From Fibrobacter sp. (GTDB lineage Bacteria > Fibrobacterota > Fibrobacteria > Fibrobacterales > Fibrobacteraceae), in the NCBI GenBank assembly GCA_024399035.1, contig JAKSID010000012.1:11125-75124 (forward strand): a stretch of 64,000 nucleotides of DNA. Reading direction: 5' to 3'. The translations under genes and the position numbers were made by a program. Each line of letters begins with the position of its first letter. Position 1 is the first letter of the stretch. Shown here in pieces: positions 37,431 to 49,934 of the stretch. The notes under the pieces are model-generated. The model saw only the letters and a program-made list of their open reading frames with translations. It did not search any database and was not told the DNA's origin.

Positions 37431-38759
37431 TTACTTCTTTTTTTTCTTCTTGCCCGGGGGGCCAGGCATAAAGGGACTGCTGGCATCGCCCTTACTTTCT
37501 TTCTTGGCTTCCTGGGTTTCCTGGCCCACCACAACGGTGTCGCCGACGCTTAAACCTTCAAGAATTTCAACGTTTACGCCGTCGTTGATGCCAATTTTTA
37601 CACGGCGGGGGGCAGCCTTGCCATCGATGCTAACCCAGACGTGATCTCCGGTCAGCTTAGGCGGCTTGATGCTCTTCTTCTTTCCTCCGCCAAATCTGCC
37701 AGGACCACCGGGACCGCCCGGAGGACCACCAGCGCCCATGTCGGGAGGCGGCGGGGGCATTTCACCATCCTTGAACCCCGGGGGCGGTCCGAAACCTTCG
37801 GGGCGGGGCATGCTCCTGGGATCTGCCATGGGGGTGCTGGCGTTGGGGGAGAACTTCAATGCCTTTACAGGAACCATGACGACATCCGTAACTTCCTTAG
37901 TGACGATGGTGCAGGTGGCAGTCATGCCGGGAAGCAACTTCTGGTCGGGATTGTCTGCGGAAATCACCACCGTGTAAGTTACCACGTTGGAGGTGGTAGT
38001 GGGGTTCAGACGGACTTCCTGCACTTTTCCAGTGAATTTCTCGTTCTGGAAGGCGTCTACGGTAAATTCAACCTTCTGGTCGGCCTTCACCTGGCCAATG
38101 TCGGCTTCGTCCACGGCGGCCATGACCTTCATCTGGGAAAGGTCCTTGGCGATCACAAACAGGGTGGGGGTGCTCATGGAAGCGGCCACGGTCTGGCCTA
38201 CATCGACAGCGCGTTCCAGGACGACTCCGTTAATGGGGCTCTTGATAGTGGCGTAGCTTAAGTTCAAGCGGGCCTGTGCCACTTCGTTCTTGCGCTGGTC
38301 CATGGTGAATTTTGCGGAATTCATGCTGTATTCGGCAGATTCCAGGTCTACGGCGCTTGCGCTATGGCTTTCAGCCAGCTTCTTGGTGCGTTCGTAGGAG
38401 TTCTTTTTATAGTTATAGTCGTTTTCGGCAGACTTGTAGGCGATTTCGGCCTGGGTCAGGGTGGCCTTCAGCTTGGACTTGTCCAGTTCGGCGATAACCT
38501 GGCCTTTTTTCACCTTGGAGTTGAAATCCACATAAATTTTGCTAATGTCGCCAGAAACCTGGGTGCCCACTTCTACCTGGTCCACAGGTTCCAAAGTACC
38601 GGTGGCCGAAATGGAGGTGGAAATGTTGCCAGTGGCTGCGGTGGCGGTGACCAAGGTGGCTTCCTTGATGGCACCCTCGCTAAATACGAAAGTCTTGACG
38701 CCAAAGGCTATTGCGCCAAGAATGACGATGAAAATCAGTGATTTCAGGACTTTTTTCAT
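37431..38759 (-). CDS. Efflux membrane-fusion (periplasmic adaptor) protein, MacA-like
   Basis: Motifs VGTQVSG, IKSPING, GQTVAAS, VDEADIG and LLPGMTA. Confidence 0.9.
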   Translation of the reverse strand: MKKVLKSLIFIVILGAIAFGVKTFVFSEGAIKEATLVTATAATGNISTSISATGTLEPVDQVEVGTQVSGDISKIYVDFNSKVKKGQVIAELDKSKLKATLTQAEIAYKSAENDYNYKKNSYERTKKLAESHSASAVDLESAEYSMNSAKFTMDQRKNEVAQARLNLSYATIKSPINGVVLERAVDVGQTVAASMSTPTLFVIAKDLSQMKVMAAVDEADIGQVKADQKVEFTVDAFQNEKFTGKVQEVRLNPTTTSNVVTYTVVISADNPDQKLLPGMTATCTIVTKEVTDVVMVPVKALKFSPNASTPMADPRSMPRPEGFGPPPGFKDGEMPPPPPDMGAGGPPGGPGGPGRFGGGKKKSIKPPKLTGDHVWVSIDGKAAPRRVKIGINDGVNVEILEGLSVGDTVVVGQETQEAKKESKGDASSPFMPGPPGKKKKKK

Positions 38760-38904
38760 AATTGTGCCCAAAAATAGAAGGTTTTAACTCTTTATACGTT
38801 GGATTTGATGCTTAAGGTCCTGTTTTTGTTGCATTGTATTGGAAAAAATTGAAAAAAAGATTTTCCCTTGCCGACCTTTCCAAGGATTATTTACATTTTC
38901 CGCT

Positions 38905-39819
38905 ATGACTCGCATTGTGAAAGCAGACGATAGCTACGAAGTCCGTAGGGTAACCTGGGTTGGCCTGGGTTGGAACGTTGCTTTGTCCATTGGAAAGTTC
39001 CTGGCGGGCTTTTTCGGCGGATCTCAGGCCTTGATTGCCGACGCCATTCACAGTGCCTCTGACTTTATAACTGATATTGCCGTGATTGTGGGTTCCAGGT
39101 TCTGGAATTCTCCTCCCGATGCAGACCACCCGTATGGGCATCGCCGTTTCGAGACCCTGATTTCTGTGGGTATCGGTGTGGCGGTCTGTGCCGTAGGCGT
39201 GGGACTGGGTTACAATGCCATTCAGTGTTTGCTGGCTGGTGAAGAGGTCGCTTCCCACCCTGAATTGATTGCTGCCATCATGGCCTTGGTTTCTATCTTG
39301 GTAAAGGAAATCCTTTTCCGCTACACCGCCCACGAAGGCAAGAAGATTCGCAGCCAAGCTCTGGTGGCAAACGCTTGGCATCATCGTAGCGACGCCTTCA
39401 GCTCTATTCCTGTTTTGATTGCCGTTGGCATTGGAATTCTTTTCCCCTCGCTTTGGTTCGCTGACTCAGTTGGCGCTATTATCGTGGCTTGTTTTATTCT
39501 TCATTCTGGTTACGAAATTGCTTGGCCCGGAATCCATCAGGTTGCCGATAAGGGCGCCTCTGAAGAAGTTGCAAAAAAGCTCCGCGCCATTGCAGAAGAA
39601 ACTCCGGGCGTCATTAGCATTCACGGTTTCCGCACCCGTTTCGTAGGTAGCGACCTTCATGTGGACCTGCATATTGTGGTGGATGCCGATATGACTCTGC
39701 TTGCTGCTCACGATTTGTCCGAAGAAGTGGAACGCCGTATTCTTGAAGCTGGCGAAAACGTGGTGGATGCCATGGTCCATGTGGACCCCTTCGATCCTAA
39801 GAAAGCTGGCTCCGTATAA
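38905..39819 (+). CDS. Cation diffusion facilitator transporter
   Basis: Motifs ADAIHSASD, HPYGH and AWHHRSD. Confidence 0.92.
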   Translation: MTRIVKADDSYEVRRVTWVGLGWNVALSIGKFLAGFFGGSQALIADAIHSASDFITDIAVIVGSRFWNSPPDADHPYGHRRFETLISVGIGVAVCAVGVGLGYNAIQCLLAGEEVASHPELIAAIMALVSILVKEILFRYTAHEGKKIRSQALVANAWHHRSDAFSSIPVLIAVGIGILFPSLWFADSVGAIIVACFILHSGYEIAWPGIHQVADKGASEEVAKKLRAIAEETPGVISIHGFRTRFVGSDLHVDLHIVVDADMTLLAAHDLSEEVERRILEAGENVVDAMVHVDPFDPKKAGSV

Positions 39820-39944
39820 TCCAAGTTAGAATATCAAAATAACCATAAAAAAGGCCTTTTACGAACAATGTGAAAGGTCCTATTTATTTTATTAGGAATT
39901 AGTATATATTATTTCAAGTTTTGAACCAGTATCAAGGGGTAATT

Positions 39945-40778
39945 ATGATCTTGGATGAAACTTACAAGTTGAGTAACGGCGTGCGTATTCCTAAGGTTGC
40001 CTTGGGTACATGGCAAGCTACGGATAAGGAAGCCTGCGATGCCGTTGTTGCCGCTATTGATGCCGGTTACAAGCATATTGATACTGCTGTAGTTTATGGC
40101 AATGAGGCCGGTGTTGGCAAGGGTCTTAAGATTGCTCTCGAAAAGACTGGAATTCATCGCGAAAGCATCTTTGTGACCACAAAGGTTCCCGCAGAAATCA
40201 AGACCTATAAGGATACGGAATCCTGCATTCAGGAAAGCTACGAAATCCTGGATTGCAAACACATTGATATGATGTTGATTCATTGGCCAAAGCCCTGGGA
40301 ACTGATGAAAGACCCCACCGCTCCCAGCTATAACGCCGAAAACTTGGAAGTCTGGCGCGCCATGGAAGCCGCCTATGATGCCGGAAAGATTCGTTGCCTG
40401 GGTGTTTCCAATTTCAGTATTGACGACATTAAGAACATCCAGGATAATTGCAAGGTACAGCCGGTGGTGAATCAGATTCGTGTGCATATCGGCCACGTTC
40501 CCATGGAGTTGATTGAATTCTGCCGAACCAATGGAATCCGCGTTGAAGCTTATTCTCCCAACGCCACAGGCCGTTTGGCTAATGTGCCTGGGATTTGTGC
40601 CATGGCCCAAAAGTACGGCGTGTCGGTGCCACAGCTGGCAAACCGATTCTGCCTGCAGTTGAACCTGATTACGCTTCCCAAGTCCATTCACACTGAACGA
40701 ATCCGCGAAAATGGCAACCTGGATTTTGAAATCAGTGCAGACGACATGACAGAATTGCTGAACATGTCGGAAAATTAA
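39945..40778 (+). CDS. Aldo/keto reductase
   Basis: Motifs LGTW, IDTA..Y, LIHWP, GVSNF and PKS. Confidence 0.92.
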   Translation: MILDETYKLSNGVRIPKVALGTWQATDKEACDAVVAAIDAGYKHIDTAVVYGNEAGVGKGLKIALEKTGIHRESIFVTTKVPAEIKTYKDTESCIQESYEILDCKHIDMMLIHWPKPWELMKDPTAPSYNAENLEVWRAMEAAYDAGKIRCLGVSNFSIDDIKNIQDNCKVQPVVNQIRVHIGHVPMELIEFCRTNGIRVEAYSPNATGRLANVPGICAMAQKYGVSVPQLANRFCLQLNLITLPKSIHTERIRENGNLDFEISADDMTELLNMSEN

Positions 40779-40832
40779 AGGAAAGTGGGGCGAATCCCAA
40801 AAGGTGCGCCTCGCTTTTGCTACATTAAGAGT

Positions 40833-42326
40833 ATGAAGTTTTCTAGCAAAGTCTTGTTGCCGGTGATGGTTGCGTTCGCAATGGCGCTGCCTACCTCTGT
40901 TTTTGCCGAAGTAAATTTGAAGGTCCATAAGGAAGTCTTGCCCAACGGCTTGACTGTTCTTTTGCATCCCAATTCCCAGGCGCCTACGGTAAGCTGCCGA
41001 CTGTTTTACGTAACGGGCTCTGTTCACGAAGTCCCGGGTAAGTCTGGCTTGGCTCATTTGCTGGAACATGAACTTTTTAAGGGTACCAAGAAGGTTGGCA
41101 TTACGGACAGCGTTGCTGACGTACGCTTTATGCAGACCCAGGATAGCTTGCAGGCGTTGATTCGCCCCGCGAAAATTGCCGGCGACACCGCTACTGTCCG
41201 CAAGTTGACTGCGGAACACGATTCTGTGGTGAACGAACATCGCAAAATCTTTGTGAAGGATGAACTGTGGGGGGCCTACCAGGCAGCTGGCGGAACGGGC
41301 CTTAACGCCTTTACGACGGACCTGATGACCGCCTACATCGTCACTCTTCCCAAGAACAAGATTGAAATGTTCATGTGGCTAGAAGCAGACCGTATGCAGA
41401 ATGCTGTACTTCGTGAATTCTATTCCGAACGTGACGTGGTCCGTGAAGAACGCCGTATGCGTTACGATGATAAACCTACGGGCCGTTTCTACGAAACTTT
41501 GAACTCCATGATTTACGAGGCTTTCCCGTACCGTGTGCCAACCATTGGCTGGCCCAGCGATATTGCCAACTTGACTCGTGAAATGGCTGACGAACATTAC
41601 CGTAAGTACTACAAGCCCCGCAACGCCATTCTGGTTCTTGCTGGCGACCTGGATACTACCGCCACCATGGAAATGGTGAAGAAGTATTTCTCCAACATTC
41701 CTTCTGGTGAAGCTTTCCCGCCCTTGACTGTTCGTGATCCTGAACAGGCCGGCGAAAAGCGTTTGACAGTAAAGCGCCCCGACGCTCCCAACCTGTTTAC
41801 CTTGGTGTTCAAGACTCCCGAAGTAGGCGACTCCACTTTGTACGCCCTGGACATTGCTGAAGGTGTATTGAATGGCCGTACCGGTAGACTTTACAAGCGT
41901 CTGGTGGAAGAAGAAAAGTTGGCTGTTAGTGCCAGCGCCAGCAATAGCCCCAACAAGTACATTTCTGAATTCAGTGTCCGTGTGAACATGCGCCCCGATG
42001 CAGATCCCGCCAAGGTGGAAAAGGTCGTTTGGGAAGAACTTGAAAAGTTGAAAACCGAAACCATCAGTGAGCGTGAATTCCAGAAGGTCAAGAACCGCGC
42101 CTATGCAGGCTTGATCCGTAGCCTTACGGATATGGAAAACGTGGCTACCATGCTGGCTTGGTACGAAATGTACGGCGATTACAAGATTTTCTTGCATTGG
42201 GCTGATCAGCTGGACAAGGTAAAGGTTGCCGATGTTCAGACAGTGTCCAAGAAGACTTTTGTGCGAGACCAGTCGATCATGGGATTGTTGCAAAAGGATA
42301 AGTCCGCAGCAAAGCCTGCGAAGTAA
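40833..42326 (+). CDS. M16 family zinc peptidase (exported)
   Basis: Signal peptide and motifs LPNGL, GLAHLLEH (HxxEH), NAFT and EERR. Confidence 0.9.
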   Translation: MKFSSKVLLPVMVAFAMALPTSVFAEVNLKVHKEVLPNGLTVLLHPNSQAPTVSCRLFYVTGSVHEVPGKSGLAHLLEHELFKGTKKVGITDSVADVRFMQTQDSLQALIRPAKIAGDTATVRKLTAEHDSVVNEHRKIFVKDELWGAYQAAGGTGLNAFTTDLMTAYIVTLPKNKIEMFMWLEADRMQNAVLREFYSERDVVREERRMRYDDKPTGRFYETLNSMIYEAFPYRVPTIGWPSDIANLTREMADEHYRKYYKPRNAILVLAGDLDTTATMEMVKKYFSNIPSGEAFPPLTVRDPEQAGEKRLTVKRPDAPNLFTLVFKTPEVGDSTLYALDIAEGVLNGRTGRLYKRLVEEEKLAVSASASNSPNKYISEFSVRVNMRPDADPAKVEKVVWEELEKLKTETISEREFQKVKNRAYAGLIRSLTDMENVATMLAWYEMYGDYKIFLHWADQLDKVKVADVQTVSKKTFVRDQSIMGLLQKDKSAAKPAK

Positions 42327-42332
42327 TGAAAC

Positions 42333-42398
42333 GTCATTCTGGCTCTTGAAATGTCATTCTGGCTCTTGAAATGTCATCCCGGCTTTAGGCCGGGATCT
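42333..42398 (+). repeat. Three GTCAT-initiated units at 20-bp period ending in an ATCCCGGC/GCCGGGAT palindrome
   Basis: GTCATTCTGGCTCTTGAAAT occurs twice, then GTCATCCCGGCTTTAGGCCGGGATCT. Confidence 0.75.
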
Positions 42399-42402
42399 TT
42401 TT

Positions 42403-43314
42403 TTATTTGAGAAGCTCAGTAATCTGATGGGCGATTTGTTGAGCCAAAGCGGAATCTTCGTCGTAGACGGCGCAAACCTTTTTACAACTCAGTTCCAACA
42501 GCTGGCGGGCGATCTTTGAATCACGCTGGGTGCGGATTTCCCTCAGGGCGATGTCAATTCGCTTGATATCCTTTTGGTCGGGATAGCCCTTCATAAATTG
42601 GAAGAACTGCTGGACCTGAACGTCATAATCGTAGTCGCTTTCCAAAGCCAACAGGAATGGAATCACGCGTACGTTCAAAAGCTTGCTCAAGTTGCCAACG
42701 AAAGTGTTCAGGCTGACGCCCTTGGGGAACAATTCTTCAGTATTGTTTTGTAAATCGTCGGTATCCACGAAGGCGCCTGCTTCAATTTCTTCTAGGGCGG
42801 CATTCAAGAAATCAATTTCCTGACGCTTGGCTTGTTCGCGATAGACAGCCTGATAATAAATGGGCAATGTGGTAAGGCAATAGTGGGCTTGACTTGCTCC
42901 GATGAATTCGCCGATGTAGTAGATGTCGGCATCTTCTGCCAGAATTTCTTCTTCGCGGGTGTAATTGCCGATGCGTGCGGGAATAGGAATGACTTCCATG
43001 CTGGAAAGTTCCTTCATACGTTCGCGCATTGCTTCTACATCCAGGTTTGTCGGCAGTTCAATGCCTTCGGCTTCCATGGATTCCAGCATGTGGTTCAACT
43101 TGTCATCTACAGCTTCGTTGATGGCCTTGCGGTTAGGCACCTTCGGGGAAAACTGTCTAAAGTCGCCTTCCAATGCCAAAAGACCATTTTTGATCATGTC
43201 ATCAAAAGGACTGTTGCTTCCCTGTTCATCGGGGCTGGGTAAAATTCTGGCGTATGCGATCATGCGACCGCACAAATCTTTATCGTTGCCTTTCTTTTGC
43301 TCAATACCTAACAT
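42403..43314 (-). CDS. Hypothetical protein
   Basis: Long ORF filling the intergenic space. The C-terminus weakly resembles a UVR coiled-coil motif. Confidence 0.75.
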   Translation of the reverse strand: MLGIEQKKGNDKDLCGRMIAYARILPSPDEQGSNSPFDDMIKNGLLALEGDFRQFSPKVPNRKAINEAVDDKLNHMLESMEAEGIELPTNLDVEAMRERMKELSSMEVIPIPARIGNYTREEEILAEDADIYYIGEFIGASQAHYCLTTLPIYYQAVYREQAKRQEIDFLNAALEEIEAGAFVDTDDLQNNTEELFPKGVSLNTFVGNLSKLLNVRVIPFLLALESDYDYDVQVQQFFQFMKGYPDQKDIKRIDIALREIRTQRDSKIARQLLELSCKKVCAVYDEDSALAQQIAHQITELLK

Positions 43315-43389
43315 ACGAGGCAAATATACAAAAAAACAAAAAGCCGTAAGAAGTGTGATCCTACGGCTTTGTATTGAGAAATAGAACAG

Positions 43390-45552
43390 TTACTTTACGC
43401 GGAAAACCCTTTGCTTGCTATATCCCGGAGTTATAATCTTAAGGATGTAGTTGCCTGCAGGGAGGTTCCTGGTGGCAAGTTCCCAACTTTCAGCATCAAA
43501 GTTTGCCAATTTGATATTGCGGATCAGCTTGCCGTGCATGGAGAACAACTGGATGTGTGCGCTCCTGTTTGCAAAGTTTTGCTGCAAGCTGTTACCTGCG
43601 ATAGCGGCGGGAATAGTATCAACTGTATTCGTAGTATCCTTGGGTTCTTCTGTTTGGATTACTTCAACATCGACAGGAACGAGTTCAATCTGATCCAGAT
43701 TGGGGCCGTCATTGCTGCCCACTACTGCAAACTGGATGTAGCTGGCGCCTCGGGGCAACTTGATTTCAGTTTCCTTGGTGGGGTAGGTTTTCCAGTCTGC
43801 GGTCTTTTCGAAGGTGATTTGCTGGCCTGCATCTACGGTGGAACTGCCGTCGCCGATTGCCTTTATAATCAAGTCGCGATCGCTTGTGCTGCCGTTGGTA
43901 TAGGTCATGACCATCTTGTAGGTACCGGCGGCGCTTACGTACACAGGAATGTTCACGTAGGAATTGCCTGCGCCGAAGTTCACGTAGCCAGAACCTGCGA
44001 ATCCAGCGTTAGAACTTTCATTAATCGCGTTTCCAAGAACGCCGGTTTCTGCCTGGAAAACAGTCAAGCCGGGGGCTGCAAAGATTGCCCCCAGTTCAAT
44101 GTCGCTGGTGGCGGTGATTTCTATGGTTGCGTCGGTAGCATTTCCGGCGCTAGCTCCGGTCCAGCCTGCAAATTTCCAACCGTCCACGGGTTTGGCAGTA
44201 AATGAGACTGTTTTTCCTTCTGCCACTTTATTGCTGTTCAGACCTGTTTCAATGGATCCGCCGATGGATTCGTTTAATTTTACGTTGAAATAGGTGACGT
44301 TGCTTTCCTGTACGGAGATTTCATTAGAGGTTGCTCCCAGGCCGCCCATGGAATTTGCTGCACGGACAGTAACCTTGGAACCAACAGCGATACCTTCGGT
44401 AGAAACGCTATTTGTTGCAACGCTGGTCTTGAATTTCCCGTTGACGAATACCGCCCAGCAGCGTGCGTTTTCGTCATCGGCCCAGACGATGTCTGCTCCA
44501 TCCTGAGAAATTTGCGGAGCGCCCATCTGAACTGTTAGTTTGTTCGGTTCCCATTTGTCGGAACCTCCTAGAACATTGGCTAGGGTGTATTTGGCTGCGT
44601 CGCTGGCACTCCACACGGTCTTCAAATTCTTTGCTGTGGAAGCGTCCTTGCCTCCGTCAAAGTAGGTCTTGCGTCTGCTGACGTCCACGGCACCGCCGTT
44701 TCCGTTCTTGCTGTTGTATTCGCCGAAGACATCTGGACCAGAATTCATATCCGGACCCCAACCTTCTGCTCTCGGCTGTGCATACATGGTGGTGTTCAGG
44801 AATACAGTTTTAGCATGTCCCCAGGAACGTCCCAAATAAAAAGTTCCATTGAAACTGTTATTGGATACGTTGATTTTTGCGTTGTTAAAGACGTAGCCCC
44901 AGCTAGTAGAAGTCTTGGCTGCGGTAATGTAGCCTCCGTTTCGGGTCATGACCAGGTTGGTGCCTTCAAACCATACGTCGCCATCGCCACAGATGAAGTC
45001 CACTGTACCCTGGATTTCGCCGCCTTCCCAATAAGTTCTGCCGCCTTTGTTGGTGTAGTAGGTATCCTGTCCGCTGAGCAAACGCACATTCTTGAAAATG
45101 TACCTGTCGCCAATCTGCTGGATCGTTACCTGTCGGGCAGCTTCGGCACTGGCAAAGGAACTCTTGTTTTTTACCGTCAGATCCTGCATGTACATCCCAT
45201 TGTTATTGGGAAAGTACAAGGTCGCGGTGACGCTGATGCCTTCGGTGTCTGTGGTGTTGGATATGGTTGTCTTGTCGCGGTTTTGACCAACCAGCGAAAC
45301 GTATGAGGTGGAAAAAACGCTTCGACCATGGGAATCGCCGGTCACCTTTGTAATGTCGTATTCTCCCTCGGGAAAGAAAATCACGAAGCGGTTGTTTTCG
45401 GAGGGCTTGGCTGCCGCTGCCGCTGCTGCAGCCGCCTTAAAATCCCCATCGACGCCTACGACAAAGTCAAACTTTCTTTTGGTGACGCCAAAGGCGTCTG
45501 TAACAAAGCCGGCCGCAAGGAAGGAGGCAATGAATAAACTAGTCTTCTTCAT
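43390..45552 (-). CDS. Secreted pectin methylesterase (CE8) + CBM35-like module
   Basis: Motifs QDT, GTVDFI.G and YLGRSW; C-terminal FQAE...GFAGSGYVNF. Confidence 0.88.
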   Translation of the reverse strand: MKKTSLFIASFLAAGFVTDAFGVTKRKFDFVVGVDGDFKAAAAAAAAAKPSENNRFVIFFPEGEYDITKVTGDSHGRSVFSTSYVSLVGQNRDKTTISNTTDTEGISVTATLYFPNNNGMYMQDLTVKNKSSFASAEAARQVTIQQIGDRYIFKNVRLLSGQDTYYTNKGGRTYWEGGEIQGTVDFICGDGDVWFEGTNLVMTRNGGYITAAKTSTSWGYVFNNAKINVSNNSFNGTFYLGRSWGHAKTVFLNTTMYAQPRAEGWGPDMNSGPDVFGEYNSKNGNGGAVDVSRRKTYFDGGKDASTAKNLKTVWSASDAAKYTLANVLGGSDKWEPNKLTVQMGAPQISQDGADIVWADDENARCWAVFVNGKFKTSVATNSVSTEGIAVGSKVTVRAANSMGGLGATSNEISVQESNVTYFNVKLNESIGGSIETGLNSNKVAEGKTVSFTAKPVDGWKFAGWTGASAGNATDATIEITATSDIELGAIFAAPGLTVFQAETGVLGNAINESSNAGFAGSGYVNFGAGNSYVNIPVYVSAAGTYKMVMTYTNGSTSDRDLIIKAIGDGSSTVDAGQQITFEKTADWKTYPTKETEIKLPRGASYIQFAVVGSNDGPNLDQIELVPVDVEVIQTEEPKDTTNTVDTIPAAIAGNSLQQNFANRSAHIQLFSMHGKLIRNIKLANFDAESWELATRNLPAGNYILKIITPGYSKQRVFRVK

Positions 45553-47342
45553 TATTTTCTTCCGTTGACGCGGACAGCGCCTTTTTTACTATTCAAAATG
45601 TAGTAGACGCCTGCGCCTTTGCCGTAATTGCCTGTGTAAGACTTGTAGGATGAAGCTTTTCCGTTGCGCATGACATTGTTAATTGCCATGCTGGAGTCAG
45701 GTTGTTGAATCGGATTGTCGGGAGTTGTAACTTTTACCTTGCCAACTTTCAGATTTTCGTTCATCCATCCGATAACATCGATGTTTGCCATGCCGTCCTT
45801 TTCGAGGCTGGTGAATGTCAATTCGGTATAGCCGGCAGCGAGTTCAACATCAAAGGCGGCTGTTTTATAGGTAGTCCATCCGCCGGTACTTTCCATGCTG
45901 CCCTTTTCCAATAAGGTTACTGCTGAAGTACCTTCTACAATGATTGTATCCTTTTCTGCAGTTTTTGCGGAAATGCTGAATCCGCGGGCGGTACTTCCTC
46001 CGTTTGCATAGCGGATGTACAGAGTGTACTTGCCTGTTTCTGTAGCAGTGACGCCGTAGGTCACGTAACTACCAATTGCGTTATCCACGTTGGCGTAACC
46101 TTCGCCCACGAAACCTGTGTTTGTTGATTCCTTGACGCCCTTGATATCGACGAAGTTGACGCCATCGATGACCGTCTTGCAGGTGTCGCTTCCGCACATG
46201 GCAACAGGAGGCGGCGGGGGAGGAGGCGGTACGTAATCGTCACTTGTTTTTTCAAGAGCTTCCAGGTATGCCTTTTCTGTGCTCAACAAGGCGGTTCCGT
46301 ATTCGCCAGCCCACTGGTAACCGGTGCGACGTTCCTCGGAAATCTTGGTAAAGTCCTGTGTCTTGGTGCTTACGCCGTCGCGGTCGCAGAAGAAGTAGTT
46401 GTCGTTGTTCACTTCGTAGAAGCGGTACCATAGAACGCTGCCGTCTTTTTTGTCAAATGTTCCTGCTTTCTTGTTGAAGTAAAGGCCTGTGACCTTCGTT
46501 TTCTTGTACCAGTTGATGGCGCTCTTGACTGCCAACTGGATTTCGGGAGTCTGGTTTGGCCAGTTCATTAGGAACCATACGACGCCTGCGGATTCGCTGC
46601 CGGACTTGCTTTCCAGTTCGTAGGCGCGGGCTGGGCGGGGAGCGTAGTTTGCGGTATCGTGCTGGGCGCACCACACGGTGGGTACGCCATTATTGATAAT
46701 CTGGGCTTTCAGCAAGTAATTGATGGCCTTGTCCATGGCGCCGCTCATCTTGGCGCGGGTAGCGTCATCGATGATGTCACTGTCGAAGGGCGACGTCTTG
46801 TTGGCGATATCCATCATGGTCACCATGGCGCGAATCATGGCGTTGTCATTTAACGTAATGTGGTCACTATAGTTGCCGCGCTTGGGCCAAACCTGAGGCA
46901 GGCCGCCTGTGGAGCGCTGCATGGTCAAAAGGAAATTGACGGCCTTGTTGAAACTGCTCTTGAATGCTGCCTTGTAGGTGGCGTTGGTGGTTTCCTTGTA
47001 GCGGACTGCCAACAGTCGCATTTCCTGTACGGTGGCGTCGTTGTCGATGGTGGCCAGGTCGCCACCGCTTGCGGAACGCCACTCGGACTTTTGCCCGCCG
47101 GCATAGGCGCTTACGTACTTGCTTGCCATGGCCTTGTAAAAACCGCCATTGCTGATTTGCCAGGTGGTCATGTTGTAGGCGTATTGGTCAATATCCATGC
47201 CCTTGGCTGCGTTAGTCAGTTCGGAGTAGCCGCGGTAACTATTGATTTTGGAAACTGCCGTAGAAGGTGGTTCGTAAGTGGCGCCGAAGGCACCAGATAC
47301 ACAAATGCCAGCAATAATTGCCAAATTCAACTGGGTTTTCAT
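45552..47342 (-). CDS. Secreted pectate lyase (PL10, PelA-type) + CBM35-like module
   Basis: Motifs TIDNDAT, HITLNDNAM, WCAQHD, PARAYE and WYRFYE. The stop overlaps the CE8 start. Confidence 0.9.
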   Translation of the reverse strand: MKTQLNLAIIAGICVSGAFGATYEPPSTAVSKINSYRGYSELTNAAKGMDIDQYAYNMTTWQISNGGFYKAMASKYVSAYAGGQKSEWRSASGGDLATIDNDATVQEMRLLAVRYKETTNATYKAAFKSSFNKAVNFLLTMQRSTGGLPQVWPKRGNYSDHITLNDNAMIRAMVTMMDIANKTSPFDSDIIDDATRAKMSGAMDKAINYLLKAQIINNGVPTVWCAQHDTANYAPRPARAYELESKSGSESAGVVWFLMNWPNQTPEIQLAVKSAINWYKKTKVTGLYFNKKAGTFDKKDGSVLWYRFYEVNNDNYFFCDRDGVSTKTQDFTKISEERRTGYQWAGEYGTALLSTEKAYLEALEKTSDDYVPPPPPPPPVAMCGSDTCKTVIDGVNFVDIKGVKESTNTGFVGEGYANVDNAIGSYVTYGVTATETGKYTLYIRYANGGSTARGFSISAKTAEKDTIIVEGTSAVTLLEKGSMESTGGWTTYKTAAFDVELAAGYTELTFTSLEKDGMANIDVIGWMNENLKVGKVKVTTPDNPIQQPDSSMAINNVMRNGKASSYKSYTGNYGKGAGVYYILNSKKGAVRVNGRK

Positions 47343-47438
47343 ACACACATCCTTTTTTTACCCATAGGCCTTCGCCTATTTCATCCATTTTACAATCTAT
47401 GTTAAAATTGTAAAAGCGGACCTTTACACTCTTTAGAA

Positions 47439-47458
47439 GTGTTGCCTTTAGACAACAC
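47439..47458. promoter_or_regulatory. Palindromic candidate operator
   Basis: GTGTTGCCTTTAGACAACAC, with a near copy at 51828-51845. Confidence 0.45.
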
Positions 47459-47472
47459 CTCTACAAACATAA

Positions 47473-49821
<2,349 letters not shown>

Positions 49822-49934
49822 GATGCAAGGGGCTCTGCCCCTAAATACTCCCTCCTCAGAGGGGAGCAGAAAGACCTCACGAAATAAATCGTGAGGTCTC
49901 TTTTTCTATCTCAAGTTTTTTTTCAGATTCAAAA

